A DNA stretch of 64,000 nucleotides from NCBI GenBank assembly GCA_045863855.1, contig BTVV01000002.1, positions 1 through 64,000 on the forward strand. Direction: 5' to 3'. The DNA comes from Planctomycetota bacterium (GTDB taxonomy: Bacteria; Planctomycetota; SZUA-567; H5-PLA8). The position numbers and the translations under genes are program-made. Shown piece by piece: positions 39,940 through 49,627 of this stretch; positions within the stretch are counted from its first letter, which is position 1; each line of letters opens with the position of its first letter. Below the pieces are notes generated by a model. That model searched no databases, was not told the DNA's origin, and saw only the letters and a list, made by a program, of their open reading frames with translations.

Positions 39940-40431
39940 TCAGAACGGAATATCGTCCTCGGGGATGTCCAGGTCCTGGTTCACGTCCTCGGGGCTAGGT
40001 CCGGCGGGCGCACCTTGCGGAGGGCGCTGCTGACCGCGAGCCGGCGGTCGCCCGCCGCCTTCCCGGCTGCCTCCTCCGCCCCCGCCGCCTTCGCCCTTGC
40101 TGCCGAGGAACTGCATGCGGTTCCCGATCACCTTCAACTTGGAGCGCTTCTGGCCCGTCTGCCGGTCATCCCACTGGTCCAGCTTCAAGGTGCCTTCCAC
40201 CAGCACCGGCCGGCCCTTGGAAAGATACTGGCTGGCGATTTCGGCCTGCCGCCCGAAGAGGTCCACGTCGACGAACGTGACGTCTTCGCGCCATTCGTTC
40301 GTCTTGCTGTCCTTGAACTTGCGGTTGATGGCCATGCGCAGGCTCGTCACGGCCGTCCCGGAAGGCGTGTAGCGCATTTCCGGATCGGCCGTCAGGTTGC
40401 CGGCGAGGATCACGATGTTGATGTTGGCCAC
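39940..40431 (-). CDS. ssb: Single-stranded DNA-binding protein
   Basis: '[15 protein letters not shown]', C-terminal DDIPF. Confidence 0.97.
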   Translation of the reverse strand: MANINIVILAGNLTADPEMRYTPSGTAVTSLRMAINRKFKDSKTNEWREDVTFVDVDLFGRQAEIASQYLSKGRPVLVEGTLKLDQWDDRQTGQKRSKLKVIGNRMQFLGSKGEGGGGGGGSREGGGRPPARGQQRPPQGAPAGPSPEDVNQDLDIPEDDIPF

Positions 40432-40499
40432 GTTCCAACCTCCTCAGCGTCCGCCTGCGATGACTGCGCGGCGCGTTGAGCGCCGTTCTGCTTGGACGA

Positions 40500-41105
40500 T
40501 TAGCGCCGCCCGCCGCCGCCACGGTCTCCGCGATCGCCCCGGTCGAAGCGCCCGCCGCCGCCGCCTTCACGACCGCCGCCCCCCCCACCGCCTTCGCGCT
40601 TGCCGAAGAAGCGCCGACCGCCGCCCCCGCCGCCGCCGCCCCCACGGTCACCGCCGCCGCCAAAGCCGCCAAAGGCCTTGTCGTCGTCGGGCGTAAGCTG
40701 CGTCGGAGTCAGCGTGATCCCGTCCTCATCCTTCACGATCAGCGCGCGCATCACCAGTTCGCTGATCTGGATGTTGCGCTCCAGCTTCGTCACGTTCTCG
40801 GGCTCGCACGTGATATGGGCCAGCATGTACAGCCCGCGCTTGCGCTTCTTGATCGAGTACGCCAGCCGGCGCTCTTCCCACTTGTCGCCGTTGACCCACG
40901 CGCCGCCGCTCTTCTCGACCAGTTCCTTGAGCCCGTCGACGACCTTGGTCATGTTCTCGCGCCCGAGGTTCACGTCGACGACCCACATGATCTCGTAGAG
41001 CCGATGACCCTTGGGCACATCGCACATGATGATCGGGGGCGCCGCTTCGGGCTTCGGCACCACCACGTCGTCCGTCCTTACCGCCACTTTTTCCTGTTCG
41101 GCCAT
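40500..41105 (-). CDS. rpsF: 30S ribosomal protein S6 with N-terminal extension and Gly/Arg-rich tail
   Basis: 'LYEIMW', 'WEERRLAYSIKK...GLYML'; position pth-rpsF-ssb-rpsR. Confidence 0.92.
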   Translation of the reverse strand: MAEQEKVAVRTDDVVVPKPEAAPPIIMCDVPKGHRLYEIMWVVDVNLGRENMTKVVDGLKELVEKSGGAWVNGDKWEERRLAYSIKKRKRGLYMLAHITCEPENVTKLERNIQISELVMRALIVKDEDGITLTPTQLTPDDDKAFGGFGGGGDRGGGGGGGGGRRFFGKREGGGGGGGREGGGGGRFDRGDRGDRGGGGRR

Positions 41106-41126
41106 GATCCGTCCGCCTCCTCGGTC

Positions 41127-41813
41127 TTATCCTTCGGTTCCCGTTTCGTCCTTCCGCCGCGGCGCTCCCGGTCCTTCCGCCTCCGGCGTGCGGTTGTAAC
41201 GATTCATCGCATCCGCGATTCCGTATCCGGCCCAGACCAGGCAAGCCTCCACGGCCCGCCCCATGGACTGCGCCAGCACCTGCTCTTCTTCCTTCCCGAA
41301 CCGCCCCAGCACGTGTCCCGCCAGATCGCCCGCGGGGCGCGCCGCGCTGTCCTCCCGGCCGCCCACACCCAGCCGCATCCGCGCATACGCCTGGCTGCCC
41401 AGGCAGCGTTCGATGTCCTTCAGCCCGTTGTGCCCGCCGGCCGATCCGTCCTGGCGCAGCCGCAGCCGCCCCACCGGCAGGCTCACGTCGTCCACCACCA
41501 CCAGCAGGTCCTCGCGCGGGATCTTGTAGAACCCCGCCAAGTCGCGCACCGCTTCGCCGGAGAGGTTCATGAAGGTCTGTGGCTTGGCCAGCAGCAGCCG
41601 GCCGTCGCCCGCCTTCGGGCCGTGGTTGCGGGACGGCAGCGCCGCTTCCCCGTACTCGGCCTTGAACTTCTTCCGGTCCAGCGACGCGCCCAACAGAATC
41701 GCCAGATGGTCCACCACGCGGAACCCCGCGTTATGCCGCGTCTGCTCGTACGACCGGCCGGGGTTGCCCAAACCCACGATCAGCTTCACCGGCCCGCCCT
41801 CCGCCGCCGTCAA
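41127..41813 (-). CDS. pth: Peptidyl-tRNA hydrolase
   Basis: 'LIVGLGNPG..Y..TRHNAGF', 'KPQTFMNLSG', 'GSAGGHNGLK'; start may be the GTG of VKLIV. Confidence 0.96.
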   Translation of the reverse strand: MTAAEGGPVKLIVGLGNPGRSYEQTRHNAGFRVVDHLAILLGASLDRKKFKAEYGEAALPSRNHGPKAGDGRLLLAKPQTFMNLSGEAVRDLAGFYKIPREDLLVVVDDVSLPVGRLRLRQDGSAGGHNGLKDIERCLGSQAYARMRLGVGGREDSAARPAGDLAGHVLGRFGKEEEQVLAQSMGRAVEACLVWAGYGIADAMNRYNRTPEAEGPGAPRRKDETGTEG

Positions 41814-41849
41814 GCCGCCGCGCGGCTGCGCGACAGTTCGCTCGGCAGG

Positions 41850-42545
41850 TTACTTCTTGTCCTTCTTTTCCTTGTCGCCGCCGGCCGGCTTTCCGCCCTT
41901 CGCATCCTTGGCGTCGCCTTCCGGAGCCTCCACCTTCTTCTCGTTGATGACTTCCGGCTCGGTCGCGCCCGGAGCCGCGGCCGTCGTCAGTTCCTCTTCC
42001 TTGCGCGGCGGTTCGCACTGCACCACGACCTCTTCCGGGTCGTCCACCGGCTTGACGCCTTCGGGGAACGGAATTTCGCGCAGGTGCAGCGCCGTGTTCA
42101 GTTCCAGGCTGCTCACATCCACCACGATCTTGTCCGGAATTGCAGTGGGCAGACACTCGACCTCGATCTCGTGGATCACCAGGTTCACCACGCCGCCATC
42201 GGCCGCGCCCTTCGCCGTGCCCTTGACCGCCACGGGGATATTGACCCGCACGGTCTGGCCGGCGCGCAGCTCGTTGAAGTCCACGTGCAGGACCAGTTCG
42301 CCCAGCGCGTCGAACTGGAGCCCCTTGATCAGGGCCTGCTTGTCGGCTTCGCCTTCGATCTTCAGGACCACGACGCGGTCCCCGCTGTGCAGGAGATGCC
42401 CGAACTCGCGCTCGCTGATCGCCAGCGCCAGCCCGATCTTGCCTTCCCCGTAGACCACCGCCGGGACGAGACCCTGCATGCGCAGTTTGTTGACTTTGCG
42501 AGAGCCCAGCGCCTCGCGCTTTACCGCCTTCAGTTCCGCGACCAT
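41850..42545 (-). CDS. rplY: 50S ribosomal protein L25/Ctc
   Basis: 'LRMQGLVPAVVYG', 'LHVDF', 'CLPTAIPDKIVVDVSSL'. Confidence 0.95.
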   Translation of the reverse strand: MVAELKAVKREALGSRKVNKLRMQGLVPAVVYGEGKIGLALAISEREFGHLLHSGDRVVVLKIEGEADKQALIKGLQFDALGELVLHVDFNELRAGQTVRVNIPVAVKGTAKGAADGGVVNLVIHEIEVECLPTAIPDKIVVDVSSLELNTALHLREIPFPEGVKPVDDPEEVVVQCEPPRKEEELTTAAAPGATEPEVINEKKVEAPEGDAKDAKGGKPAGGDKEKKDKK

Positions 42546-42666
42546 CGTTTCTTCTCCTTACCGCGCCGAGCGCTTTCCGCGCGCGGCCGAGTGCTTTGCT
42601 TGTGTTCCCGGGCGGCGCTAGGCCGCTCCCCCCAAACCGTCCGCACGCCGCAGCGCGGCGCGCGCT

Positions 42667-43620
42667 TCAATCGAACAGCTTCGAAATCGACTCGTTCAAG
42701 TGCGTCCGCCGGATCGCCTCGGCCAGCACTTCCGAGACGCTCAGTACCACCAAGTTGATGTTCTCGGGGCGCTTTTTGAGCGGGATCGTGTCGCAGACCG
42801 CCAGTTCCTTCACCGGCAATCCGTTCAGCCGCTCGAACGCGCGCCCGCAGAAGACCGGGTGCGTACACATCGTGATGATCTCGCGCGCCCCGAACTCCAG
42901 CGCCGTATGCACCGCCTGCGTGATCGAGCCCGCCGTGCTGATCATGTCGTCGACGATCACCACCGTGCGGCCCTTGATGTCGCCGACCACGTGGCCCTTC
43001 TCGACGTCGCTATCGCCCTTGCGGCGCTTGTCGATCACGGCCAGCTCGCCGTTGAGTTTCTGGGCGAAGCGATTGGCCAGCTTCATGCGGCCCGGATCGG
43101 GGCTCAGGATCGTCAGGTTGTCCAGCTTCATGTCGTGGACATGCTGCAACAGCACCGGCCAGGCGTAGAGATGGTCGAGCGGAATGTCGAAGAAGCCCTG
43201 GATCTGCGTCGCGTGCAGGTCCATGCACAGCACGCGGTCGGCGCCGGCGGTGGCGATCAGGTTTGCGACCAGCTTCGCGGTGATCGGCACGCGGCCTTCG
43301 TGCTTGCGGTCCTGCCGCGCGTAGCCGTAGTACGGGATCACGGCCGTGATGCGCTGGGCGCTTGCACGCTTGCACGCGTCGACGATCGCCAGCAGTTCCA
43401 TCAGGTGGTCGTTTACCGGCGGCGAGGTGGGCTGGAGGATGAAGACGTCGCGCCCGCGAATGTCCTCGAGGATGCGGATCTTGATCTCGCCGTCCGGAAA
43501 GCGGCCTACCTCGGCGGCGCCCAGCGGCACGTCGAGGTACGCGCAGACTTGTTCGGCCTGCTTGGGGTGCGCGTTGCCGCAAAAAATGCGGATCTCGTTC
43601 CGGAGCTTCCCGTCAGGCAT
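42667..43620 (-). CDS. prs: Ribose-phosphate pyrophosphokinase
   Basis: 'FPDGE', 'VIPYYGYARQDRK', 'DLHATQIQGFF', 'VDDMISTAGS'. Confidence 0.97.
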   Translation of the reverse strand: MPDGKLRNEIRIFCGNAHPKQAEQVCAYLDVPLGAAEVGRFPDGEIKIRILEDIRGRDVFILQPTSPPVNDHLMELLAIVDACKRASAQRITAVIPYYGYARQDRKHEGRVPITAKLVANLIATAGADRVLCMDLHATQIQGFFDIPLDHLYAWPVLLQHVHDMKLDNLTILSPDPGRMKLANRFAQKLNGELAVIDKRRKGDSDVEKGHVVGDIKGRTVVIVDDMISTAGSITQAVHTALEFGAREIITMCTHPVFCGRAFERLNGLPVKELAVCDTIPLKKRPENINLVVLSVSEVLAEAIRRTHLNESISKLFD

Positions 43621-43626
43621 CTCGGG

Positions 43627-44391
43627 TTACCCTTCCTTTCCGGAAAGCGCCGCGCAGGCGCGTTCGGCCGCGGCCAGCTCTTGCGGCGTGTTGATCCCCA
43701 GGCACTCTTCGACGCGCGGAGCCACGATCGCTTCCACCCCTTCGCCCCGCCGCGCGAACCAGCCCACCGTATCGGTGAGGTAAAACTCGCCCTGCGCGTT
43801 GTCGTCCTTCAGGTGCTTCAAGGCCTCGAAGAGCCGCCCCGGGCCGAACGCATACGTTCCGGTGTTGATCTCCCCGATCTTCCGTTCGTCGGGCGTCGCG
43901 TCCTTGTGCTCCACGATGCGCTTAAACGCGCCCGCGCCGTCGCGCACGATCCGGCCGTACGCGTGCTCGCCGCCGACTTGCGCGCTCAAGACCACCGCCG
44001 CGGCGCCCGAAGCGCGCTGCCGCGCCACCAGTTCGCGGATGGTCGCCGCGCGGATCAGCGGCACGTCGCCCGAAAGCACCACCACCGGCCCGGCATAGCC
44101 GCCCAGACGTTCCTCGGCGCAGCGCGCCGCGTGCCCGGTGCCCTTCTGTTCGAGCTGCAACGCCGTCTCCGCGCCGGCGGGCAGAATCTTTTCGACCTGC
44201 TCGCGGCCGTACCCCAGCACCGCCACCACTCGTTCGGCTCCGGCCCCGCGCGCGGCCTCGATCACCCAGTTCACCAGCGGCTTCCCGCGCAGCGGATGCA
44301 AGACCTTCGGAAGGTCCGACTGCATGCGCTTGCCCTGCCCCGCGGCCAGCACGATCGCGGCAAACGGAATGCGTTCGGCGGAAGCAGCCAC
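43627..44391 (-). CDS. glmU: GlmU N-terminal-type UDP-GlcNAc pyrophosphorylase (no acetyltransferase domain)
   Basis: 'LAAGQGKRMQSDLPKVLH', 'GTGHA', 'SGDVPL', 'YGRIVR', 'NAQGEFYLTD', 'GINT'; ends before any hexapeptide domain; GTG start with GGAG. Confidence 0.85.
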   Translation of the reverse strand: MAASAERIPFAAIVLAAGQGKRMQSDLPKVLHPLRGKPLVNWVIEAARGAGAERVVAVLGYGREQVEKILPAGAETALQLEQKGTGHAARCAEERLGGYAGPVVVLSGDVPLIRAATIRELVARQRASGAAAVVLSAQVGGEHAYGRIVRDGAGAFKRIVEHKDATPDERKIGEINTGTYAFGPGRLFEALKHLKDDNAQGEFYLTDTVGWFARRGEGVEAIVAPRVEECLGINTPQELAAAERACAALSGKEG

Positions 44392-44720
44392 ACGAACTCC
44401 ACACGTGCGCCGATACTCGGCGCGCGAACGAAAACCCACGGCGTCCAGCGCCACACAAGCGCTCGCGCCCAACAACCTCGATCGAACCGAACCGCTCAGG
44501 CCCCGCCAAGCTCAGGGGCGCATCACGACTCATCCGCTCGCGAGGGGCCCGGACCCGGCGTGATCCAACCGCGCAGGCGTCCCTCTAAGTGCGCGCCGGC
44601 TAAGCCCTTCATGCAGGCCGCGGCGCGCGCTCGTTACGTCCCGCCCCACTGCGGATGGCTTGAGGCGGAAAGGACTTATCTACTGGCCAAGGCAGGACCT
44701 GTCAACGTCAGCACCGAATA

Positions 44721-44738
44721 ATCTGCACCGGTGCAGAT
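44721..44738. promoter_or_regulatory. Perfect 18-bp palindrome in divergent promoter region (possible operator)
   Basis: ATCTGCACCGGTGCAGAT next to an AT-rich tract between the glmU operon and the pilin cluster. Confidence 0.4.
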
Positions 44739-44960
44739 AGGCTTAATTTATAACTAAATTAGTATGATATGAGGTATAGAGATTGTAGCCGATGCGATTT
44801 TAACTTCTGCGCTGACTTTCAGTCGCCGACCCGGTTGAACGCTAAAAAGGCTCTCGGCAATGACTTCTGAGTCTGAAAGGTAGCCTGGGGGGGCTACCTA
44901 CCTTATAGTAAGAAGGCCCGAACGCTCCCACGTTCACCAACCGATGGCCAGAGACTACGC

Positions 44961-45719
44961 ATGAACGCAGCGGTTCGCTTCCTGAAGTCCCCTTCGCCCG
45001 GCAGCGGACGTGGCTTCACGATGATCGAACTGCTCGTGGTGATCTCGATCATCGTGCTCGCGATGAGCTTGATGATCGGGGGGTTATCGGACCTCAATCA
45101 GCGCCGCAGGCTTTCGGCGGCGGCCGAGACCGTAACCAGCGCGATCGCGCTGGCGCGCAGCACCGCGATCTCCGAACGCGCCGTCGTCCACGTGCGCATC
45201 GAGAATAAAGGCGCCAACGCGCAGTACGTGGGCGTGTACCGCTTTCCCAAGACCAGCAACGCGCTGCGCGCGACGACGGACGCGGAGGTGGTCTTGATGG
45301 GCGGCTGGAACGAATCGTCCGACACCACCCTGCTCACCAATTACCGCGTCTCGGTCAGCCAGCTTCCGGCGAATACGTGGTTCGAGACCGAGTACGATCC
45401 GGCGCAGGTCTGGGACGGCACGCGCGACCGCTTCCAACCGCTCTCGGTGATCCACCCCGCGCCGGATACGACGCTGTACTACCATAAGGACTATGACGCC
45501 ACCTTGCTGCCGCGCGGAATACCAGACTATTCCCCACCAACGAGTTATGCGCCGACACCACATCATTTACTATATTTCTATCCGGATGGCTCGGCTTCGG
45601 CGAACGTGTTGCTGTTCATCCGCAACGAGTGGAGCTTGGGGTTTGTGCAAGTTTGGAAGGGCGGGATGATCCGCAACGGTACCTTGCGGAACTACAATGA
45701 CTTTGAAGAATTGGATTAA
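44961..45719 (+). CDS. Prepilin-type N-terminal methylation protein (FimT/GspH-like)
   Basis: G|FTMIELLVVI class III signal; 'ALARSTAI'; 'FYPDGSA'. Confidence 0.85.
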   Translation: MNAAVRFLKSPSPGSGRGFTMIELLVVISIIVLAMSLMIGGLSDLNQRRRLSAAAETVTSAIALARSTAISERAVVHVRIENKGANAQYVGVYRFPKTSNALRATTDAEVVLMGGWNESSDTTLLTNYRVSVSQLPANTWFETEYDPAQVWDGTRDRFQPLSVIHPAPDTTLYYHKDYDATLLPRGIPDYSPPTSYAPTPHHLLYFYPDGSASANVLLFIRNEWSLGFVQVWKGGMIRNGTLRNYNDFEELD

Positions 45720-45726
45720 ACTACGT

Positions 45727-46455
45727 ATGTTTGAGACTGCCCCTAACCCAAAAGCGCGTATGTACCGTGCATCACGCGGTTTCACGCTTGTCGAAATTCT
45801 CGCTACATTGGCAATCCTGCTAATTGGATTAGGTGCCATTATCTCCATGCTGTTGGGCACTGGACGCGAAGGAGGAATTGCCAGCGACCGCAACGCTGCG
45901 GCGTTGATGATCACGGAGGCCACACGTGGAATTGAACGGGAGCACCTAATCACTTTGGAGATGGCGCTTGCTTCGGGAATCGATGAGGAGCATGTAGGTA
46001 AGCTGATTCAAACACCTCCAGATGCAGTGGAAAGTGACGACAATGCTATATTTGGTAGTGTACAGATCACAGGCCCGGTGCCTAGCGACCCAGCCAAACC
46101 AAATGGACCAGTGATTATTGTTAAGAAACCCTTAAGCTCTCCATTCACCGACGCCACTGTTTCTCCTCCGATGAACAAGGGTTTTCCACCACTTCCACTT
46201 ACTTCAATTAATGAATGGCCTAGAAGGCCATTCCGGCCATTTCAGATTGGTTCCGGTCAGTATCGCGTGCGATATCGTTTGGAGAAGCATCCAGAGTGGT
46301 GGCCGTTAGGAGGGGTTGAAATTCCTCATTCAAATCTTAGAGGCTTGTACCTGTTGACACTTGTTGTTTACCTTGATGAGGCGGGGGATATGTCGAACCC
46401 AGTGCAGATAAGCGATCCTGTTACGGTTTTGCTGCGTGACCGAGTGGTGCGCTAA
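45727..46455 (+). CDS. Prepilin-type protein (PilV/GspI-like)
   Basis: G|FTLVEILATLAIL; start 45727 or 45760. Confidence 0.8.
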   Translation: MFETAPNPKARMYRASRGFTLVEILATLAILLIGLGAIISMLLGTGREGGIASDRNAAALMITEATRGIEREHLITLEMALASGIDEEHVGKLIQTPPDAVESDDNAIFGSVQITGPVPSDPAKPNGPVIIVKKPLSSPFTDATVSPPMNKGFPPLPLTSINEWPRRPFRPFQIGSGQYRVRYRLEKHPEWWPLGGVEIPHSNLRGLYLLTLVVYLDEAGDMSNPVQISDPVTVLLRDRVVR

Positions 46456-47177
46456 TGACTAAGCGTTTCCGCGTGCACCAATCAACCGTTGGATTCACCC
46501 TCGTAGAGATGCTTATCGCGGTTGCTATCGCGATTCTGATTCTCGCTTTGGTTTTTACAATACTTAATGGAGCTTCAGCAGCGCAAACCTCTACGAGGAC
46601 GCGAATCCAGGCTTCCGAAGGAGCAAGAGTTTTTTTTGAAGTTCTTGAGCGAGATTTAGCTGGAGCCTTTCCAGGACCCTGGTTGCCAGCGTTTCAAAAA
46701 AGCGATCTGGCACCACCAGGATCAGCAATTCCTGACGCTGCGGTAGGTATTCACGGCGAAGTTATTAAAATGACAACGACCTCAGATACTCGCTTACCCG
46801 GCAACGAATATTTTAGTGTAAGATATTATGTAGCAAGAAAAGAAATAGGCGAAGAAAAGCGACTTTATAGGGAGGTAGATCCGGCGCAATCACCCACTAC
46901 AACCTTTCCATTTATTACGGACCCTGATGCAGCCACTGTGTCCACTGAGAATGTTTTATGTATGGGTGTAAGAAGGCTCAGAGTTCAATACGCAAAATGG
47001 AATTCAGCAGAAGGCAGGATTGAACCTGTTTCGGAAACGGACCCCTTAAGTTCCCACCTGGATGTAGTTATAGAATTTGGCGTGGATACACAAGATGAGA
47101 GATTCACTAAAGCGCAGAAGGGTGGCCTAGTTTGGTCGTTTCATAAGCTGATTCCAATACCCGCAACGTTGCCGTAA
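46455..47177 (+). CDS. Prepilin-type protein (PilW/GspJ-like)
   Basis: G|FTLVEMLIAV; 'LERDLAGA', 'VRYY', 'LYRE'; TAATG overlap with the upstream gene. Confidence 0.85.
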   Translation: MTKRFRVHQSTVGFTLVEMLIAVAIAILILALVFTILNGASAAQTSTRTRIQASEGARVFFEVLERDLAGAFPGPWLPAFQKSDLAPPGSAIPDAAVGIHGEVIKMTTTSDTRLPGNEYFSVRYYVARKEIGEEKRLYREVDPAQSPTTTFPFITDPDAATVSTENVLCMGVRRLRVQYAKWNSAEGRIEPVSETDPLSSHLDVVIEFGVDTQDERFTKAQKGGLVWSFHKLIPIPATLP

Positions 47178-47225
47178 GGGCAAGCACTTTGTTGTTGAGG
47201 CAAAATAGTTGAGGCAAATGCGTCT

Positions 47226-49574
47226 ATGAGGCGACCCATGAGCGCAATTCTCCGTCCGCGTGGCAGCGTGCTAATTTTCGCGCTAGTCCTACTCACACTT
47301 CTATTTGCCATGGGTGCAGCGTTGATATTCTTCGTGACGCAACAGTCTCGGGCGGGAGCCAACGCGCTGCGAAACAGTAGTGGCGATGTGATCGTTGATT
47401 CTGCAGAGAATCATGCCATTCAAGCGGTTCGCTCAGTTGTTAGCGCTTACGAAGCCGTCAGTCCAGATGGAATTTATTATCCAAGTCCGTCCTATCCCGC
47501 CCCCTCTTTACCCGGAGATCCTAGCGATTCTAATCATCCGTTTTTAATTTCCAAGCCAGATCAGTTGAGTGGGCAAGTGCAGCGCAATATTTATCGCATG
47601 TTCGAGGCATTTCCTGAGCCTGTGGATTACGACAATTGGATGAATGGACGTGCATGGCTATTTTGGAATGATGCCCCTGCTTACTGTGGCGCGGAACTTA
47701 AGCCAAGCGCATCGCCCTTTTACTCCGAAAGTACACTTGCCTTCTCGGCCTATCCTAATGGCTCAACTCGCCGTTCCTTTATTGACGGTCCACAACACTA
47801 TGGCATGGCTCGATCTTGGCTTGTTTTCGCTTCCGCCAATGATTTTTATGATGCTGCGCTACCAGCGAAGAAACCGAAGCGGCCCTTATCTAATCTGCGC
47901 GGCGAATACTACATCTGGGCCGCCGACCTGGACGGGAAGCTCTACGCCGTGCCAAAAGATTGGGGGCTCGACACGAACTTTTTTGCTGGCCACGCGACAC
48001 TTGACGGAGTGGAAACTGACGAAACAGCGGCACTTGCCATATTGGGCCTAGTCAATGATTACGGACCTGCCGCAAGTTGGGCTGGGAGTTATGGAGGCTT
48101 GAAACTAACCACTGGAATTGGAGGCGAGTTAGAGAAACTTCGCTTGGCACCGGCTGGTACGTCACATGCGTCCTACGGCGATCTGGCGCTGTACTTGAGC
48201 CTCGCGGTCCCCGCCAGCGGTTCGGGCGCCGCCGTCTGGGACTACTACCATAAGCGCTACGGTCTTGAGCGCTACCTGACGCTCTACCGCGACCTCGATA
48301 CGGGCCTCACGCCGCCGACGCTGAAGTCCGGCGCGACGGAACTGAACATCAACACCGCGCCCTTCGAAGTGCTCGCCGCGACGCTTTCGCGCGTTCCGCT
48401 GGTGGATGCTTATGTGCCCACCGATGTGGCGTTGGGCGGCAAAGTCGAACAGAACGTGGCGAAGGCTTCGGCGCTGGCGGCGCGCATCGTGGCCAAGCGC
48501 CCGTTCCTGTGCCGCATGGACTTCGAAGATTTCCTTGCCGCGCAGTTGGCCGGCGATGCGGCCGACGCCACGACGCCGCTGGGGATGATCACCGCGGCTT
48601 TCCCCAAGCGCCAGGAATTGGCCGCGCCGGCCGAAGCGTACTTCCTCGATCTCGACGACGTAGAGCCGTACAAGTCGAACCCCGCGCAGCTCATTCTGGA
48701 CAACCCGATCTACGCGAACGTGCATACGATGGTGCGGATGCAGGCGCGTTTTACCTTTTTTGCAGAACCTAACGCGGCGACCGGCTACGACCGTGCGTTC
48801 GCGGAACTCACGCCCGCCGCCTTTAACAACCTGCTGAACGCGACGAGCGGAAAGCGCCGGGACGGGACGTACGGGTACAGCTATTACAGCTTCGACAACG
48901 TGAAGGATCCGATTCCGTTCGACGACGGCACAGGCATCAAGTATCCGAAGTTTGAATACGAGCTTCTGACCGAGCCGGCCATCACGGGCGGAACGAAACA
49001 ATACGACCTTACCTTCCCTGCGAGTACGGCAGGAGCCTTAAACCTCTGGCGCGCAACTAAGGACGTGACGTGGGGTGGCTACTATGAAATGCAATTCGGT
49101 AGCGACGACACACAGGAATTTGCATACGACGCCACACTGCCGCTCGACGTAGCGCCCAATCCCTATCCAATCATTGTAGATGCCGGTCTCGATGGCGTAC
49201 TCCAAACGCCCAACTTGACTGACGACGAAGTCACGGGCACTCAGATTAATACTGGTGTTAATTACATGTCCGACACCTGGATCCACGGCCAGCTTCGCGC
49301 CTACCGCTTGCCCAACGATGCCGCGGTCACGACGCTCGTCGCCAATCCGGGCCTAAACAACGGCGATGTCGCATGGGCTCCGCGCTTCGGCTTCCGCTCG
49401 CGCTTCTTCGCCATCTACACCCTCGCGCGGCCCATCATCGACGTCCAGGCCAACGTCCCCACCTACGGCGCCGCACAACGCAGCGAGATCGTCTACGACG
49501 CCCTGCGCGATACGGTCCTCTTCCGCCGCGAACCGGCCACCGAAAAGCGAACCCTCGGCGATCCCACGCCGTAG
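47226..49574 (+). CDS. Large PilX/GspK-like minor pseudopilin
   Basis: RG|SVLIFALVLLTLL lacking Glu5 (GspK/PilX hallmark); 'LNINTAPFEVL'; 'FRSRFFAIY' near the C terminus. Confidence 0.75.
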   Translation: MRRPMSAILRPRGSVLIFALVLLTLLFAMGAALIFFVTQQSRAGANALRNSSGDVIVDSAENHAIQAVRSVVSAYEAVSPDGIYYPSPSYPAPSLPGDPSDSNHPFLISKPDQLSGQVQRNIYRMFEAFPEPVDYDNWMNGRAWLFWNDAPAYCGAELKPSASPFYSESTLAFSAYPNGSTRRSFIDGPQHYGMARSWLVFASANDFYDAALPAKKPKRPLSNLRGEYYIWAADLDGKLYAVPKDWGLDTNFFAGHATLDGVETDETAALAILGLVNDYGPAASWAGSYGGLKLTTGIGGELEKLRLAPAGTSHASYGDLALYLSLAVPASGSGAAVWDYYHKRYGLERYLTLYRDLDTGLTPPTLKSGATELNINTAPFEVLAATLSRVPLVDAYVPTDVALGGKVEQNVAKASALAARIVAKRPFLCRMDFEDFLAAQLAGDAADATTPLGMITAAFPKRQELAAPAEAYFLDLDDVEPYKSNPAQLILDNPIYANVHTMVRMQARFTFFAEPNAATGYDRAFAELTPAAFNNLLNATSGKRRDGTYGYSYYSFDNVKDPIPFDDGTGIKYPKFEYELLTEPAITGGTKQYDLTFPASTAGALNLWRATKDVTWGGYYEMQFGSDDTQEFAYDATLPLDVAPNPYPIIVDAGLDGVLQTPNLTDDEVTGTQINTGVNYMSDTWIHGQLRAYRLPNDAAVTTLVANPGLNNGDVAWAPRFGFRSRFFAIYTLARPIIDVQANVPTYGAAQRSEIVYDALRDTVLFRREPATEKRTLGDPTP

Positions 49575-49627
49575 GCATTCCGGAAGCGCGCGTGACCGGC
49601 ACTCTGCGGTAGCGCATCGTTGACAAT

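Noticed and set aside
40476..44721. Very long + strand ORFs (40476-42758, 760 aa; 42700-44721, 673 aa)
   Set aside because: Antisense shadows of rpsF/pth/rplY/prs/glmU, expected in high-GC DNA; no recognisable motifs
42546..44960. tRNA gene near prs/rplY or upstream of glmU
   Set aside because: No cloverleaf or T-loop GTTCRA pattern with matching stems recognised
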